A DNA stretch of 64,000 bases from a virus (IMGVR_UViG_3300045988_091188:40568-104567); one strand, 5' to 3'; positions 19,332 to 29,129 are shown, counted from the first letter of the stretch. The notes: a model not told the origin generated them from the letters alone. Program-made: numbers and translations.

Positions 19332-20204
19332 ATGTATATCCTCAATTCAAGTCTTATAAATCTTATCCTTACCGAATACGCCGAAAAAGTTAAATTCGGT
19401 TATAATAAAATTTCGTATGATTCGTGGAGAACCCTAAAGAAACTAAGTAATACTAGTACCGATTATATAGTCAAAATAGAGATTACAGATAAAAACTCTA
19501 TGCTCTATTTAACTGACACCCGAACCGATATTACCAGCGCGATCCCTGTAACTGATGGATTCGCTTATCTTGTTAAAGAAAGGACTATTCATATGGTTAA
19601 CACCAATTCTAACATCGATGCGCCTATGCCCAACAAAAGCGGAAACACTACTCGAAAAGGCTTTAATATGAACTTTGATTTTGGCCCTTGCGGGGATGAG
19701 GTAGCTTTTTCTCCTTATGGCTTGGCTATTCGTAATTCTAAGGGTGAGTATTTTACCTATAATCCTGCTACTAAGCAGACCATTGATGTGACTGGCTTTA
19801 CCTTCTCCTTCCAGAACATGGTATATCGTATGCCTGTCGCAGCCTCTGCCGTCAAAGAGGGCGATATGATTATTCATAAGCATCATCCTATGTTTGTATC
19901 TGCGGTTGACGGCAGTAATATTGAAGTCGTAGATATCTTGGAATCTGAGGTTAAGACTGTAATTCCTACCTCTAATCCTTTTGGCTTCAATTTTATTACC
20001 AAGATTATGCCTATCATTAATTTTGGTAATACTGCTCCTTCTCCTGATCAGCCCTTCGGCAATCTCATGCCTATGATGATGGCTAACATGGTTTTTGGCG
20101 ACAGTGACGGCAACAGCAGCGATATGGGTAAGATGTTCATGCTCTCTACCATGATGGGCAACTCTAATCCTTTTAGCTTCCTCACTGGAGACACATCTAA
20201 GTAA
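19332..20204 (+). CDS. hypothetical protein (290 aa), Met-rich C-terminus
   Basis: ORF track; terminator gcgagattggaaattctccaatctcgc follows. Confidence 0.55.
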   Translation: MYILNSSLINLILTEYAEKVKFGYNKISYDSWRTLKKLSNTSTDYIVKIEITDKNSMLYLTDTRTDITSAIPVTDGFAYLVKERTIHMVNTNSNIDAPMPNKSGNTTRKGFNMNFDFGPCGDEVAFSPYGLAIRNSKGEYFTYNPATKQTIDVTGFTFSFQNMVYRMPVAASAVKEGDMIIHKHHPMFVSAVDGSNIEVVDILESEVKTVIPTSNPFGFNFITKIMPIINFGNTAPSPDQPFGNLMPMMMANMVFGDSDGNSSDMGKMFMLSTMMGNSNPFSFLTGDTSK

Positions 20205-20330
20205 TCCTAATAGGCGAGATTGGAAATTCTCCAATCTCGCATACCCGCGTATCTTCTATTTTTCTTTTGTTGCAATTATATTTATTATAATATATAATAA
20301 ATATATAAAATAAGAAAGGAAGTAAATGCC

Positions 20331-20561
20331 ATGACTGCTATTATTACTTGCTCTATTGAAAATAAAACTTTTGAGAGCCATTTCCCTATTGATAGAGAAA
20401 CTCCTGAGTATATGATCGCGGACGAGGCATATAGGCTTGCTATTCTTTTCGCACAAACTCAATTTATCGCAAAATTCGGTAGAATTATTTCTGGATATGA
20501 TTTTGGCGAATTTCTCAAAAATCTTGATTATGATTATAAAATCAAAGAAGAGGCATCTTAA
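20331..20561 (+). CDS. hypothetical protein (76 aa)
   Basis: SD AAGAAAGGAAG; terminator aaagagcttccttta-aggaagctcttttt follows. Confidence 0.45.
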   Translation: MTAIITCSIENKTFESHFPIDRETPEYMIADEAYRLAILFAQTQFIAKFGRIISGYDFGEFLKNLDYDYKIKEEAS

Positions 20562-20671
20562 AACTTTATTAACTAACAAAGAGCTTCCTTTAAGGAAGCT
20601 CTTTTTCTTTTGCAAAAATTAAAAAATAATGATATAATAATTATAGAAGATGAGGAAAGGAGTATCAAAAG

Positions 20672-20893
20672 ATGAAGAATTACTATGAATACGAGGTAGA
20701 AATGTTCGAGGAGTTTCAAGTAAAGACTTATCAGGGCATTACATACGGTAACGACTTCGCTGAAGCTCTCAGAAATGTAGCTGATTACTACGGCGAGGAA
20801 AATTTGAATTCTGTAAAAATTATCCCCTGGGATTGCGAAGGTTGTATTAGCTTGAGCAAGAACGCGCTTAATGAAATTCGTGAAAATCATTAA
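20672..20893 (+). CDS. hypothetical protein (73 aa)
   Basis: SD GAGGAAAGGAG. Confidence 0.5.
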   Translation: MKNYYEYEVEMFEEFQVKTYQGITYGNDFAEALRNVADYYGEENLNSVKIIPWDCEGCISLSKNALNEIRENH

Positions 20894-20906
20894 GGAGGTT
20901 TAAATT

Positions 20907-21389
20907 ATGCCTGTTGCACCTAGTTTTCAGTCCTATAAGCGCATTACTGAAGAGCCTTTTATTAAAAATGGTAAATATTATGTTACTGTAGAGCATCCAA
21001 ATACTAAGAATCATCGAGATGTTCGCTACTATAGCGATGCAGAATATGCAAAAGCCTATGGTAAGAAGATTGTTGATACCGATAAAGGCTATGATGGTCT
21101 AAAGCATGCTCGCGGCTTTGACAATGGACCTATTCTTGTAATTCGTGGAAATAAGGCCGCTGACGAAGATTGGTTGCGGGAGTCCGTAGCTAGATATGCC
21201 GTAGGGATTGGTTGGTATATCGCTTCTACAGATATTTTCCCTGATGATGCTCCTGAGCATCTGAAGTATCTCCTGCTCGGTTGGGATGAATTCCGTGATG
21301 GAGATGACCGTCATATGAAGAAACCTGCGGATTTGTCTACCTTACTCGATAAAAAAGCTAGAAATAAGGAATGGGTTAAAATGAAATGA
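20907..21389 (+). CDS. hypothetical protein (160 aa)
   Basis: SD AAGGAGG then ATG. Confidence 0.55.
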   Translation: MPVAPSFQSYKRITEEPFIKNGKYYVTVEHPNTKNHRDVRYYSDAEYAKAYGKKIVDTDKGYDGLKHARGFDNGPILVIRGNKAADEDWLRESVARYAVGIGWYIASTDIFPDDAPEHLKYLLLGWDEFRDGDDRHMKKPADLSTLLDKKARNKEWVKMK

Positions 21390-21636
21390 AAACTACTCTG
21401 CTGCTAATACTATATATGTTCCTTGTCTTTTCGTCTCTAATACTTCTGTATTCTTCACCAACAATGCTTCACGCAGTCTTATATAGCATCTCCGCAACTT
21501 GTTGGATTACAAATCTAATCCTTTTCATTAGAGATATTTGACATAAAAATTACCACTTTAGTCAAGGAATCGGTTTGCAAAAAACAAAAAAATAAGTTAT
21601 AATAAATATAGAAAGTAGGAAAGGAGATTTCTTGTA

Positions 21637-21945
21637 ATGAGCGTTAGCTATTTTACTAAAATCGTCTATGGAGTTCGTCTTGAAAATGACGAAATCAATG
21701 TCTTAAATCAGAAGGATGATGAATTTTGTGATAAAAATTGCGATTTTATTCACAGAGCTAACTACTATGATAATGATGAAGATATTGTAATTGGTATTCA
21801 AGTAGGCGATGACGTTGAAGAAGGGACAATTAGAGAAATCACTTTCTCTAATAACAATCTTGAAACCAGTGAACTTAAAAACATTTTGGGCGCGTTAAAC
21901 ATTATGCGAGAACCTAAATGGTATGTAGTCCATTGTGTTTTGTAA
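21637..21945 (+). CDS. hypothetical protein (102 aa)
   Basis: SD GGAAAGGAG. Confidence 0.5.
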   Translation: MSVSYFTKIVYGVRLENDEINVLNQKDDEFCDKNCDFIHRANYYDNDEDIVIGIQVGDDVEEGTIREITFSNNNLETSELKNILGALNIMREPKWYVVHCVL

Positions 21946-22027
21946 ATTACAAGAAATTTTCTTGACTTTACTCAAAAAATATCATATAATATAAATACAA
22001 TAAAACAAGAGAGGAATTGATTAAATT

Positions 22028-22468
22028 ATGTCTAACACTGTAAAGAAGCCCACAAAGAAAGCCAATTATAATGCTATTTTGAGCATTTTGTCTGTCGCTG
22101 AGAACGAGGGTCTTGTCCTCGAGTCCAGTGAAATTACTTATGACAGCCTGCGCGAGTTCGTCGAGCACGAGGTAGAGTTGCTTGACAATAAGGCTGCTGC
22201 TGCCGCTAAGAGAGCTGCTGCTAAGAAGGTCGAGGGAGATGCTCTTCGCGAGAAGATTTATGAAGTCCTTGGTGATGAGCCTATGACTATCAATGATATT
22301 GTAAAGGCTTTGAACGACGAGGACATTTCTGCTCAGATGGTTACTGCTCGTCTAACCCAGCTTGCTTCTCCTGAGGTCAATCGTGTTGCTAAGGAGACCG
22401 TAAGTGTTCCTGCTTCCACTGAGGGTGGAAAGTCTAAGAAGCTCTCTGCTTACCGCAGAATTGGCTAA
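22028..22468 (+). CDS. hypothetical protein (146 aa), Ala/Lys-rich
   Basis: ORF track; terminator gaaaggtatctac-gaaaa-gtagatacctttc follows. Confidence 0.55.
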   Translation: MSNTVKKPTKKANYNAILSILSVAENEGLVLESSEITYDSLREFVEHEVELLDNKAAAAAKRAAAKKVEGDALREKIYEVLGDEPMTINDIVKALNDEDISAQMVTARLTQLASPEVNRVAKETVSVPASTEGGKSKKLSAYRRIG

Positions 22469-22761
22469 TTAAAACCTTTAGAAAGGTATCTACGAAAAGT
22501 AGATACCTTTCTTTTTAGCCATACTTTAGTACAAATTGCAAATCCAGAAGGGCCACCTGGAAAATTCATAATATGAAATGCCGCGAATAATATTACGCAA
22601 ATAGCGATAATAATAAAAACCACAGTTAAAACTCCTTTTTTATTTATATATTTATTATAACAAAAGCAAAAGGATGTGTCAATTTGGCATTTTCATCTCA
22701 AGATTGACGGATTTTTTATTATATGCTATAATAAATATATAAATAAAGGAGGGCTTATTTA

Positions 22762-23538
22762 ATGATATTTAGTGTAAATTATCATTCCGGCAATATAAAA
22801 ATGGCTGGAGAGATACGTTGCCCCTACAATCAATTAGGAACAATCATTAAATTTCTTAAAGAAAATCCAAATAAAAGGTGTAATATAATTATTCCAGATG
22901 AATTAACTCAGGTGCAATTAACAAGATTGGCTGAGCAGGTTGAGATAATTAAAACAATAGCAAATGATTACACTATTCAATGCGGAAACATATATCAATT
23001 AAATGATTTAAAAGATATGGGATATAATAGATATTTGCGGTTCCCGGTTACTGATTGGGAAACTTTTCAAGAATTGCGGGAGGCCAAGGTTAGTGATATC
23101 TATATAGATGGACCACTAGGGTTTCAAATGGAGTTATTAAAAAAGGTTAAAGGAGATATTAAGATAAGAGTATCACCCACCATTTCCCCTAATGTCTCCC
23201 TATCCGCAGAAAGAAAACCTTCAAGTTTTTTTATTCGCCCGGAGGATCTCCATTTATATTCTGCTATTGATGTAATAGATTTTAAGCAACCTAATTTAGA
23301 AAAAGAAGATACTTTGTTTAATATCTATAATAGAGGTTCATTTAATTATGATATAAACCTTCTCATTGATGGCTTACCTACAAGAAATAACTTAACATTT
23401 AAAGAAGCATTTGCAAAAACTCGTTTAAACTGTGGGCAAAAATGTAATATACCTGGTCATTCTTGTCATTATTGTGATACTTATTTTTCAGTAATCTCGC
23501 ATTTCCATGAACTTGCTAGACTTAGCAAAAAGAAATAA
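22762..23538 (+). CDS. hypothetical protein (258 aa)
   Basis: SD AAAGGAGGG, ATG 22762. Confidence 0.55.
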   Translation: MIFSVNYHSGNIKMAGEIRCPYNQLGTIIKFLKENPNKRCNIIIPDELTQVQLTRLAEQVEIIKTIANDYTIQCGNIYQLNDLKDMGYNRYLRFPVTDWETFQELREAKVSDIYIDGPLGFQMELLKKVKGDIKIRVSPTISPNVSLSAERKPSSFFIRPEDLHLYSAIDVIDFKQPNLEKEDTLFNIYNRGSFNYDINLLIDGLPTRNNLTFKEAFAKTRLNCGQKCNIPGHSCHYCDTYFSVISHFHELARLSKKK

Positions 23539-23603
23539 TTAGATTTTATTATTTTTATATATTATAATATTATTATAAAGATAATAAAAGGAGTGTTTCT
23601 AAA

Positions 23604-24317
23604 GTGAAATGGTCGGAAATTCTTCCTCAAGAGGCACTGGATTTAAGTGTTCAACTTGAAAATCATGCTTTAGAAGAGCGCTCTAAAGGAAAGATTTTAT
23701 TTCCAGAATAGGATAAAATCTTTAGAGCGCTTAATCTTACGCATCCAGAAGATGTAAAAGTTTGTATTGTAGGACAAGACCCGTATCATACCCCAGGCGC
23801 AGCAAACGGGTTAGCATTTTCTATTTCTGATGGGAGCCCCATTCAACCATCTTTAAGAAATATTTTTAGCGAGCTTAATAGCGATTTAGGGGTTCCAATC
23901 CCGCAGTCTGGAGATTTAACATCTTGGGCAGAAAGAGGAGTATTGCTTCTTAATGCAAGTTTAACTGTCTATGAACATCAAGCCAATAGCTGTGTTAATT
24001 GGGGATGGAGTAGGTTTACGACAGCGGTGCTGAAAGCCGCAACCCAGTTGGCACAACCTATTGTTTTTATGCTGTGGGGAGCTAATGCTCAGAATTTATT
24101 AAAAGATTTAAATTCTAGTCCTATGGTATGGGATGGACCTGGAGTTGCCAGAGAGAATTTGATTAAGAAGGCTTATATTTTATCTTCCCATCCAAGTCCT
24201 TTTAGTGTAAGTAAACCATGTAAAGGAACTCCTGCGTTTAAAGGTAGTAAACCGTTTTCAACAGCAAATAATTTACTGCTTTCTATGGGTGGAGAACCGA
24301 TTGATTGGAGTTTATAA
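23604..24317 (+). CDS. ung: uracil-DNA glycosylase (family 1 UDG) with one in-frame TAG
   Basis: GTG 23604 after AAAGGAG; GQDPYH water-activating motif, HPSPFS (HPSPLS) motif, WSRFT, LWGANAQ; TAG at 23709-23711 in frame 35 codons in, where E. coli Ung has Q/K. Confidence 0.8.
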
Positions 24318-24338
24318 GATGGGAGATATAATGTATAG

Positions 24339-25643
24339 ATGATAGAATTACAGAAGTTACAAAATGATTTTGAATCTGTACTTGTTCATTCTCAAGATTA
24401 TCCATTTTATCTCGATTCAAAAAATTTAATCGAACAATGGGCAGAAGCGAAAAAAGATATAATAAATCTTTTTGGCGGAGAATTGATATTAAGAAGCAAG
24501 GAACCAATTAAAATTCTTTTGACAGAAGAGCAGAAGAATAAAAGATTTGAAGAGTTTATTCAAGCTCTTGATGAAAACGGAATCTTAACCACTGATCTCG
24601 AATTATTTTTGAGAGATAATAAAGGAGGATTTTTTGATAACAGAGTTTTATTACCATATCCTTCTTTTAATATTCCACTAGGTTCTAAATTATCCAAATC
24701 TTTTAAGCGATTTATTAATAGTCAAGAGATTGTTAGATGGGCACAAGATACTGCTTCAAGATATATGCAAGAAAATAAAATAGAAGGATATTTATATCTT
24801 TCTATTCATCCTCTTGATTTCTTAACTATTTCAGAAAACAATGAAAATTGGTGGTCATGTCAGTCTCTTGATGGAGATTATAGAAGTGGAAATCTTAGTT
24901 ATTTAGTAGATAAAACAACTATTGTTGCTTATTTATCTAATGGTAAACAAGAGCATCTAAAATGTCTTCCATTAGGAATGAAATGGAATAGCAAAAAATG
25001 GAGAATGTTAGTCCATACAGATGGTATCAGAAATATTTATTATAATAGACAATATCCATATGAATCAAGAGATTTACTCGCTTGTGTACATAATATGTTA
25101 CTTAAATTGATTAAATTTGATATGTCTCTTCCTCTTGATTATGGATTTAAAGTAATCCAAACTCAATGGGGTAGTGAGCAACTTATATATAATCAAATAA
25201 ATGCAGGTGGACGTATTCATGATACGAGAGATGTAATTGATATGAGTGATTATTTAGGATATTCCGATTTAGTTATTTCTAGTACGTACGCACCGATTAT
25301 ATCAGTAAATAATGGAAAGTATGAGGATTATACAAAGCATTTAGATCAAAATAAATATGTGGAAGAACTATATTTTAATGATGTTTTTCAAATCAAAATT
25401 GGTGAAAGACCAATTTGCCCCTGTTGTGGAACAGAACATATAAATAGAGAAGATTCATTTTTATGTAATTTCTGCATATCAGAGAAAGAGGCAGATGAAG
25501 ATTTCTTCTTGACTTGTAATAGTTGTTATCGTAGAATATATGATGAAGATAAAATTTATTGGATGGATGGTAGGCCGTATTGTAAGACTTGCCATAATCT
25601 AATGAAACAAGAGGATAGATTAATCGAGGAGGACGATGAATAA
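24339..25643 (+). CDS. hypothetical protein (434 aa) with C-terminal Cys-rich zinc-finger region
   Basis: ORF track; CPCCGTEH...CNFC...CNSCYRR...CKTCH. Confidence 0.6.
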   Translation: MIELQKLQNDFESVLVHSQDYPFYLDSKNLIEQWAEAKKDIINLFGGELILRSKEPIKILLTEEQKNKRFEEFIQALDENGILTTDLELFLRDNKGGFFDNRVLLPYPSFNIPLGSKLSKSFKRFINSQEIVRWAQDTASRYMQENKIEGYLYLSIHPLDFLTISENNENWWSCQSLDGDYRSGNLSYLVDKTTIVAYLSNGKQEHLKCLPLGMKWNSKKWRMLVHTDGIRNIYYNRQYPYESRDLLACVHNMLLKLIKFDMSLPLDYGFKVIQTQWGSEQLIYNQINAGGRIHDTRDVIDMSDYLGYSDLVISSTYAPIISVNNGKYEDYTKHLDQNKYVEELYFNDVFQIKIGERPICPCCGTEHINREDSFLCNFCISEKEADEDFFLTCNSCYRRIYDEDKIYWMDGRPYCKTCHNLMKQEDRLIEEDDE

Positions 25644-25951
25644 TGGCAGTTAGACGAGGAGATGCCGCGAAAGACCTAATTACAAAGACAATTCTTTCAA
25701 CATTTGAAGGCTCTTTTGTTTCGGATAAAAAGATTTACATTTCAGTAAAAGATGGAGCGAGTGGAGAAGTTGTTCAGATTGCTGTATCACTTACAATGCC
25801 TAAGACACCGATTGCGGGCGGAGGAGATAGTACGCTCTCTACATCAAGTTCTGATACTCCATCCGCAAATAGTTTTGCTCCAACTGAGTTGGCTCCAGAG
25901 GATAAAGCTAAGATTGAGGAGCTTAAAGCCAAGTTGGGAATTACTGATTAA
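25643..25951 (+). CDS. hypothetical protein (102 aa)
   Basis: ATGA-type overlap with the upstream gene. Confidence 0.5.
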   Translation: MAVRRGDAAKDLITKTILSTFEGSFVSDKKIYISVKDGASGEVVQIAVSLTMPKTPIAGGGDSTLSTSSSDTPSANSFAPTELAPEDKAKIEELKAKLGITD

Positions 25952-26126
25952 AAATTTTGGGTATGGGTAATTAAGATATTTAATATAAAGTTTAATAATA
26001 GTACAAACTTCCTTACTAAAAGGGAAGCGTAAGAGAAATATTTTCTAGAACTTACGCTTCCTTGAAAAATAAAAAAAATTATTATATAATATATATAGAA
26101 AGTTAAGGAAAGGAAGTTTTGAGTTT

Positions 26127-26300
26127 ATGAGTAAATATGTTTATGCAGTTTCTTTCACTATCCTTGCTACTATCGAGAGTGATGAACCTCTAGCGGAGGA
26201 AGAAATTATTTCTCAGGCAGAACTTGAAACTTGTGTGACTAGAGATCTATGTAATGATATTGATATTACTGGTCTTTATGGAACACCTACTCCTTATTGA
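26127..26300 (+). CDS. small acidic protein (57 aa)
   Basis: Promoter-leader motif ...tatatagaaagttaaggaaaggaagttttgagttt then ATG. Confidence 0.35.
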   Translation: MSKYVYAVSFTILATIESDEPLAEEEIISQAELETCVTRDLCNDIDITGLYGTPTPY

Positions 26301-26428
26301 TTATTTGAAAAATAAAAATAAATATTATATAATATTTATATAAGTTATCGACAGTAACTATAAATAATTGCACAGGTAAGGCGTGAGTGAGGCTGATATG
26401 CGTTAAATAAAATACTCACTTTATCTAT

Positions 26429-26504
26429 ACTCCGGTAGTTCAAAGGTTAGAACGGGCGACTTATAATCGCTTGATGCTTGGTTCGAGTCCAGCTCGGAGT
26501 ACCA
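26429..26504 (+). tRNA. tRNA-Ile (anticodon TAT, reads AUA); CCA encoded
   Basis: Cloverleaf: acceptor actccgg/tcggagt, D-arm gttc..gaac, anticodon stem ggcga/tcgct with loop cttataa, T-arm ttgg-TTCGAGT-ccag. Confidence 0.6.
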
Positions 26505-26543
26505 TTTAAGAGGACAGACCCAATAGGAGGGCCCTCTTGCTAT

Positions 26544-26657
26544 AAGACGCATACAGCAAATCTATTTCCAGAATAGTCAAATGGTTAAGACATTTCAACT
26601 CAAAGTAAAAAATTATCGGTTCGAATCCGATTTCCGGAGCTAAATAGCTAGCGTCTT
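26544..26657 (+). ncRNA. stem-closed ACAGCAAAT-box element, copy A (closing stem aagacgc/gcgtctt); encloses an irregular tRNA-like structure at 26567-26639 that lacks an encoded CCA
   Basis: 5' arm aagacgc 26544-26550, box atacagcaaat 26551-26561, 3' arm gcgtctt 26651-26657. Interior has acceptor tccagaa/ttccgga, D-arm and T-arm atcgg-TTCGAAT-ccgat, but a poorly paired anticodon stem (loop actcaaa or ctcaaag). Confidence 0.45.
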
Positions 26658-26718
26658 GAAAACATTTGAAAAACTTTTATGAATATGATATAATATTTAT
26701 AGAAAGTAAGAAAGGAAG

Positions 26719-26925
26719 TTGCATATGGATAAGAAGTTATATCTTGCACAACTCGCGGCCGAGGCTCTTTCTTGTTATAAAAATGAGGATAGTATTTGTG
26801 ATGCTATTTGGCTTATGAATGGTGGAGTTGGTGGCCCCGAGGAACAGTGGGAGAACTTTAACGCAACTTTCAAGGATACCTTTGGTATTTCTTATGATGA
26901 AGCTAAACAACTGAATCTTTTTTGA
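26719..26925 (+). CDS. hypothetical protein (68 aa)
   Basis: Promoter TTGAAA-17-TATAAT plus leader agaaagtaagaaaggaagt then ATG. Confidence 0.45.
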   Translation: MHMDKKLYLAQLAAEALSCYKNEDSICDAIWLMNGGVGGPEEQWENFNATFKDTFGISYDEAKQLNLF

Positions 26926-26950
26926 AAAACAATAAAAAATATTGTATAAT
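26922..26950 (+). promoter_or_regulatory. consensus promoter TTGAAA-17-TATAAT for the tRNA cluster (identical copy at 27746-27774)
   Basis: ttgaaaaacaataaaaaatattgtataat occurs twice verbatim, each followed by atttatgtaagg and tRNA genes. Confidence 0.6.
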
Positions 26951-26958
26951 ATTTATGT

Positions 26959-27032
26959 AAGGCAGACACAGCAAATCTTTTATTAAATAAAACACTTATT
27001 TTTGGTTTAAGAAAGTTTATTTATTCTGCCTT
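26959..27032 (+). ncRNA. stem-closed ACAGCAAAT-box element, copy B (stem aaggcaga/tctgcctt), AT-rich interior, abuts tRNA-Asn
   Basis: aaggcaga 26959-26966, cacagcaaat, tctgcctt 27025-27032. Confidence 0.4.
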
Positions 27033-27038
27033 GAGCTT

Positions 27039-27115
27039 GGGTCGGTAGCTCAGAAGAGTAGAGCGCTTGCCTGTTAAGCAAGATGTCGTGGGTTCGAGCC
27101 CCACCCTTCCCGCCA
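27039..27115 (+). tRNA. tRNA-Asn (GTT)
   Basis: Anticodon stem cttgc/gcaag with loop ctgttaa; T-arm gtggg-TTCGAGC-cccac; CCA encoded; two mismatches in the acceptor stem. Confidence 0.6.
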
Positions 27116-27240
27116 AAGTCGAGTTTGTGAGTAGCGCCGCGACTTTAACCCTAAACTCTCAATTCGTCCACTGCGAACTAAAATAATAGGCTGGCCCATA
27201 GAGCGACGGGTAGTTCTGAAACAAATAGTTGCTCTTTTAT

Positions 27241-27317
27241 GTTCTCGTGGTGCAATAGGCAGACACGCGTGGTTTAGAACCATGATGTTGCGGGTTCGAC
27301 TCCCGCCGGGAACACCA
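27241..27317 (+). tRNA. atypical class-I tRNA with anticodon TAG (reads Leu CUA/CUG); Leu-like D-arm and A73
   Basis: Acceptor gttctcg/cgggaac, D region gtgcaataggcagacac (near-identical to the D-arm of the adjacent Leu(GAG)), anticodon stem cgtgg/ccatg with loop tttagaa, 5-nt variable loop, T-arm gcggg-TTCGACT-cccgc, discriminator A, CCA. Confidence 0.5.
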
Positions 27318-27475
27318 GATGGTTCCGGTGACATTGTCTTAAACCCATATAAACCGGCGGAGCTATGGCCCGTAGTTGAAGACTGGATTTCTTGTCGTAA
27401 ATGGCCAAGCATTTATGATGGCTAGTCAGTATTAAAAGAGGAAGCCTTGGAACTCGATCAATACCATAGAAATAT

Positions 27476-27562
27476 GCGCGTGTGCTGGAATAGGCAGACA
27501 GGCAAGCTTGAGGTGCTCGTGTTCGTAAGAGCGTATGGGTTCAAGTCCCATCATGCGCACCA
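27476..27562 (+). tRNA. tRNA-Leu (GAG), class II
   Basis: Acceptor gcgcgtg/catgcgc, D-arm ctggaataggcagacag, anticodon loop ttgaggt (G37 U38 as in Leu), long variable arm, T-arm atggg-TTCAAGT-cccat, A73, CCA. Confidence 0.65.
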
Positions 27563-27666
27563 TGGTTTCTACTGATTTCCCATGCCCAATAAGTCAGAAG
27601 TGTGATATATGTGAACGACGAGGCGCAAAGTACACGGGGTGCGTACGACCCTTCCTCGCCTTATAC

Positions 27667-27743
27667 GGTGGCGTAGTTCAGTAGGCTAGAACGTCGGCCT
27701 GTCACGCCGAAGGTCACGGGTTCAAACCCCGTCGTCATCGCCA
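27667..27743 (+). tRNA. tRNA-Asp (GTC)
   Basis: Anticodon stem tcggc/gccga with loop ctgtcac; T-arm acggg-TTCAAAC-cccgt; G73; CCA. Confidence 0.7.
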
Positions 27744-27957
27744 ATTTGAAAAACAATAAAAAATATTGTATAATATTTATGTAAGGTTAAGAAAGAACAA
27801 AGTATCGCAAGTCGTATATAGGCAGCGATAGCGCGCAAGCGAATCAGCAATGCGGTGTCCCTTTTAGGTTGATGCCTGGCACATTGGACTGTAGTAGCCG
27901 ATAAATTAGAGCGTAGTTCTCCTTGATTGACACGACCAATCATCTTAATCACAATAT

Positions 27958-28033
27958 GGGGCATTAGCTCAGTTGGGAGAGCGCCTGCCTTGCAAGCAGG
28001 AGGTCACGAGTTCGACCCTCGTATGTTCCACCA
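27958..28033 (+). tRNA. tRNA-Ala (TGC)
   Basis: G3:U70 wobble pair in acceptor ggggcat/atgttcc; anticodon loop cttgcaa; T-arm acgag-TTCGACC-ctcgt; A73; CCA. Confidence 0.75.
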
Positions 28034-28275
28034 TAGGTATCTACTAATAATTATATATGATACCGTCTAATAATTACAGGTTTTTATTGATTTCATTGCC
28101 ATAAGAACAATAGGGCATTCCTATTTCCGTCCTTAATAGAAATAGGTGGTTTTCAGTGACGCCGCTGTTCACCAACTAGAAGATAAGTTAATATTCTCTT
28201 TATATATAGTAATGACAGTATAGCTTATAATAAACAATGGCTATTATTAAATAAGACAGAAAGAGATTATTAAAA

Positions 28276-28350
28276 GTGCAGATATGCTCGGTTAGTCAAG
28301 TGGTAAAGACGCTGGCCTTTCACGCCAGAAACACGGGTTCGACTCCCGTA
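28276..28350 (+). tRNA. tRNA-Glu (TTC)
   Basis: Anticodon stem ctggc/gccag with loop ctttcac; T-arm cacggg-TTCGACT-cccgt; CCA. Confidence 0.7.
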
Positions 28351-28388
28351 CCGAGTACCATTAAACAATAGAAAAGGAGATTGCTATT

Positions 28389-28625
28389 ATGAAGAATGTT
28401 CACGGGAAGTTCAACTCTTTCGCAGAGCTTGGTAAGGCTCTCGGAATTAAGGTTCCGCAGAATGTGGAAAAGGAACGTAAGTGTTCTAATTGCGGAAACC
28501 CGCTTCGCAAGATTGGTAATACAAATGTTTATATTTGTGATTATTCCATTCTTGAGGACAACGAGTTGAATGGAACTCCCGTGCAGGTGTTCACTAAATG
28601 TGGCGCCGTCGAACTTAGCGATTAA
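28389..28625 (+). CDS. hypothetical protein (78 aa), possible zinc ribbon (CSNCGNPL...C..C)
   Basis: SD AAAAGGAG; ORF track. Confidence 0.5.
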   Translation: MKNVHGKFNSFAELGKALGIKVPQNVEKERKCSNCGNPLRKIGNTNVYICDYSILEDNELNGTPVQVFTKCGAVELSD

Positions 28626-28664
28626 CTAAAAGACCTGAGCAAGTCAATAAACTGCTCTTTAAAT

Positions 28665-28742
28665 GGCCTTGTCGACGAAATGGCAAAGTCGCCACCCTCT
28701 CAAGGTGGAGGTTGATGGGTTCGAATCCCTCCAAGGTCACCA
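28665..28742 (+). tRNA. irregular tRNA-like gene, anticodon loop ctctcaa (CTC, Glu-type) with a defective T-stem
   Basis: Acceptor ggccttg/caaggtc plus A plus CCA; anticodon stem ccacc/ggtgg is perfect; T-loop TTCGAAT flanked by atggg/ccctc (only 3 bp). Loop differs by one base from a CTA suppressor loop. Confidence 0.35.
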
Positions 28743-29054
28743 GATGTATGGGTTCCACAGTTTCGAGTGAAAGAAAAGACGGGCCTTTCTTGTGCGTAGA
28801 GTATGGTACGGCAAGAATGAATTATTGATATGTGGCACGCCCTTGCTTAATTAAAGTGAAACGGTTCCGGCTGATACATCCAGCGGAGGGGCGCAAGAGT
28901 ACCGTGGCTATTAGAGTTATTCCAAAATATAGAATATATGAGGCGAGAATAAAAAGCGAGGAGTGGCAACGCAGACCAACTCAAGAGTGTCTAGGCGTTA
29001 AGTAGTAAAAATATATTTTGGTTTCATTATAATTTAATTCTAATGGCTGTATAT

Positions 29055-29129
29055 CGCGGGAAGGGTGTTGGTTCCCAGTCGAGTCTCATAAACTCGATTA
29101 CGCGAGTTCAATTCTCGCTCCCGCACCCA
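29055..29129 (+). tRNA. tRNA-Met (CAT) with a C1-A72 mismatch (initiator-like)
   Basis: Acceptor cgcggga/tcccgca (C1 opposite A72), anticodon stem cgagt/actcg with loop ctcataa, T-arm gcgag-TTCAATT-ctcgc, CCA; lies inside the spurious ORF 29043..29294. Confidence 0.6.

Noticed and set aside
22470-22619. Possible minus-strand small membrane ORF with a strong SD (AAAAAGGAG then GTG at about 22619)
   Set aside because: It runs through the plus-strand terminator hairpin at 22475-22512 and would end only at a TAG. The evidence is too weak to call.
26553-26561. The ACAGCAAAT box as a Bacteroidetes-type promoter (reverse complement ATTTGCTGT contains TTTG)
   Set aside because: Only two of six copies give TAnnTTTG on the minus strand, and the surrounding genome uses sigma70-like TTGACA/TATAAT promoters with strong SDs, so an RNA-level role fits better.
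27273-27279. Reading the loop tttagaa as a minus-strand CTA suppressor anticodon (ttctaaa)
   Set aside because: The T-arm GTTCGACTC and acceptor pairing fit only the plus-strand fold. On the plus strand the anticodon is UAG (Leu codons), not CUA. The real CUA tRNA is at 43808.
27074-27412. 112-aa minus-strand ORF
   Set aside because: Overlaps tRNA-Asn and the class-I tRNA(TAG) antisense. It is a GC-rich tRNA artefact.
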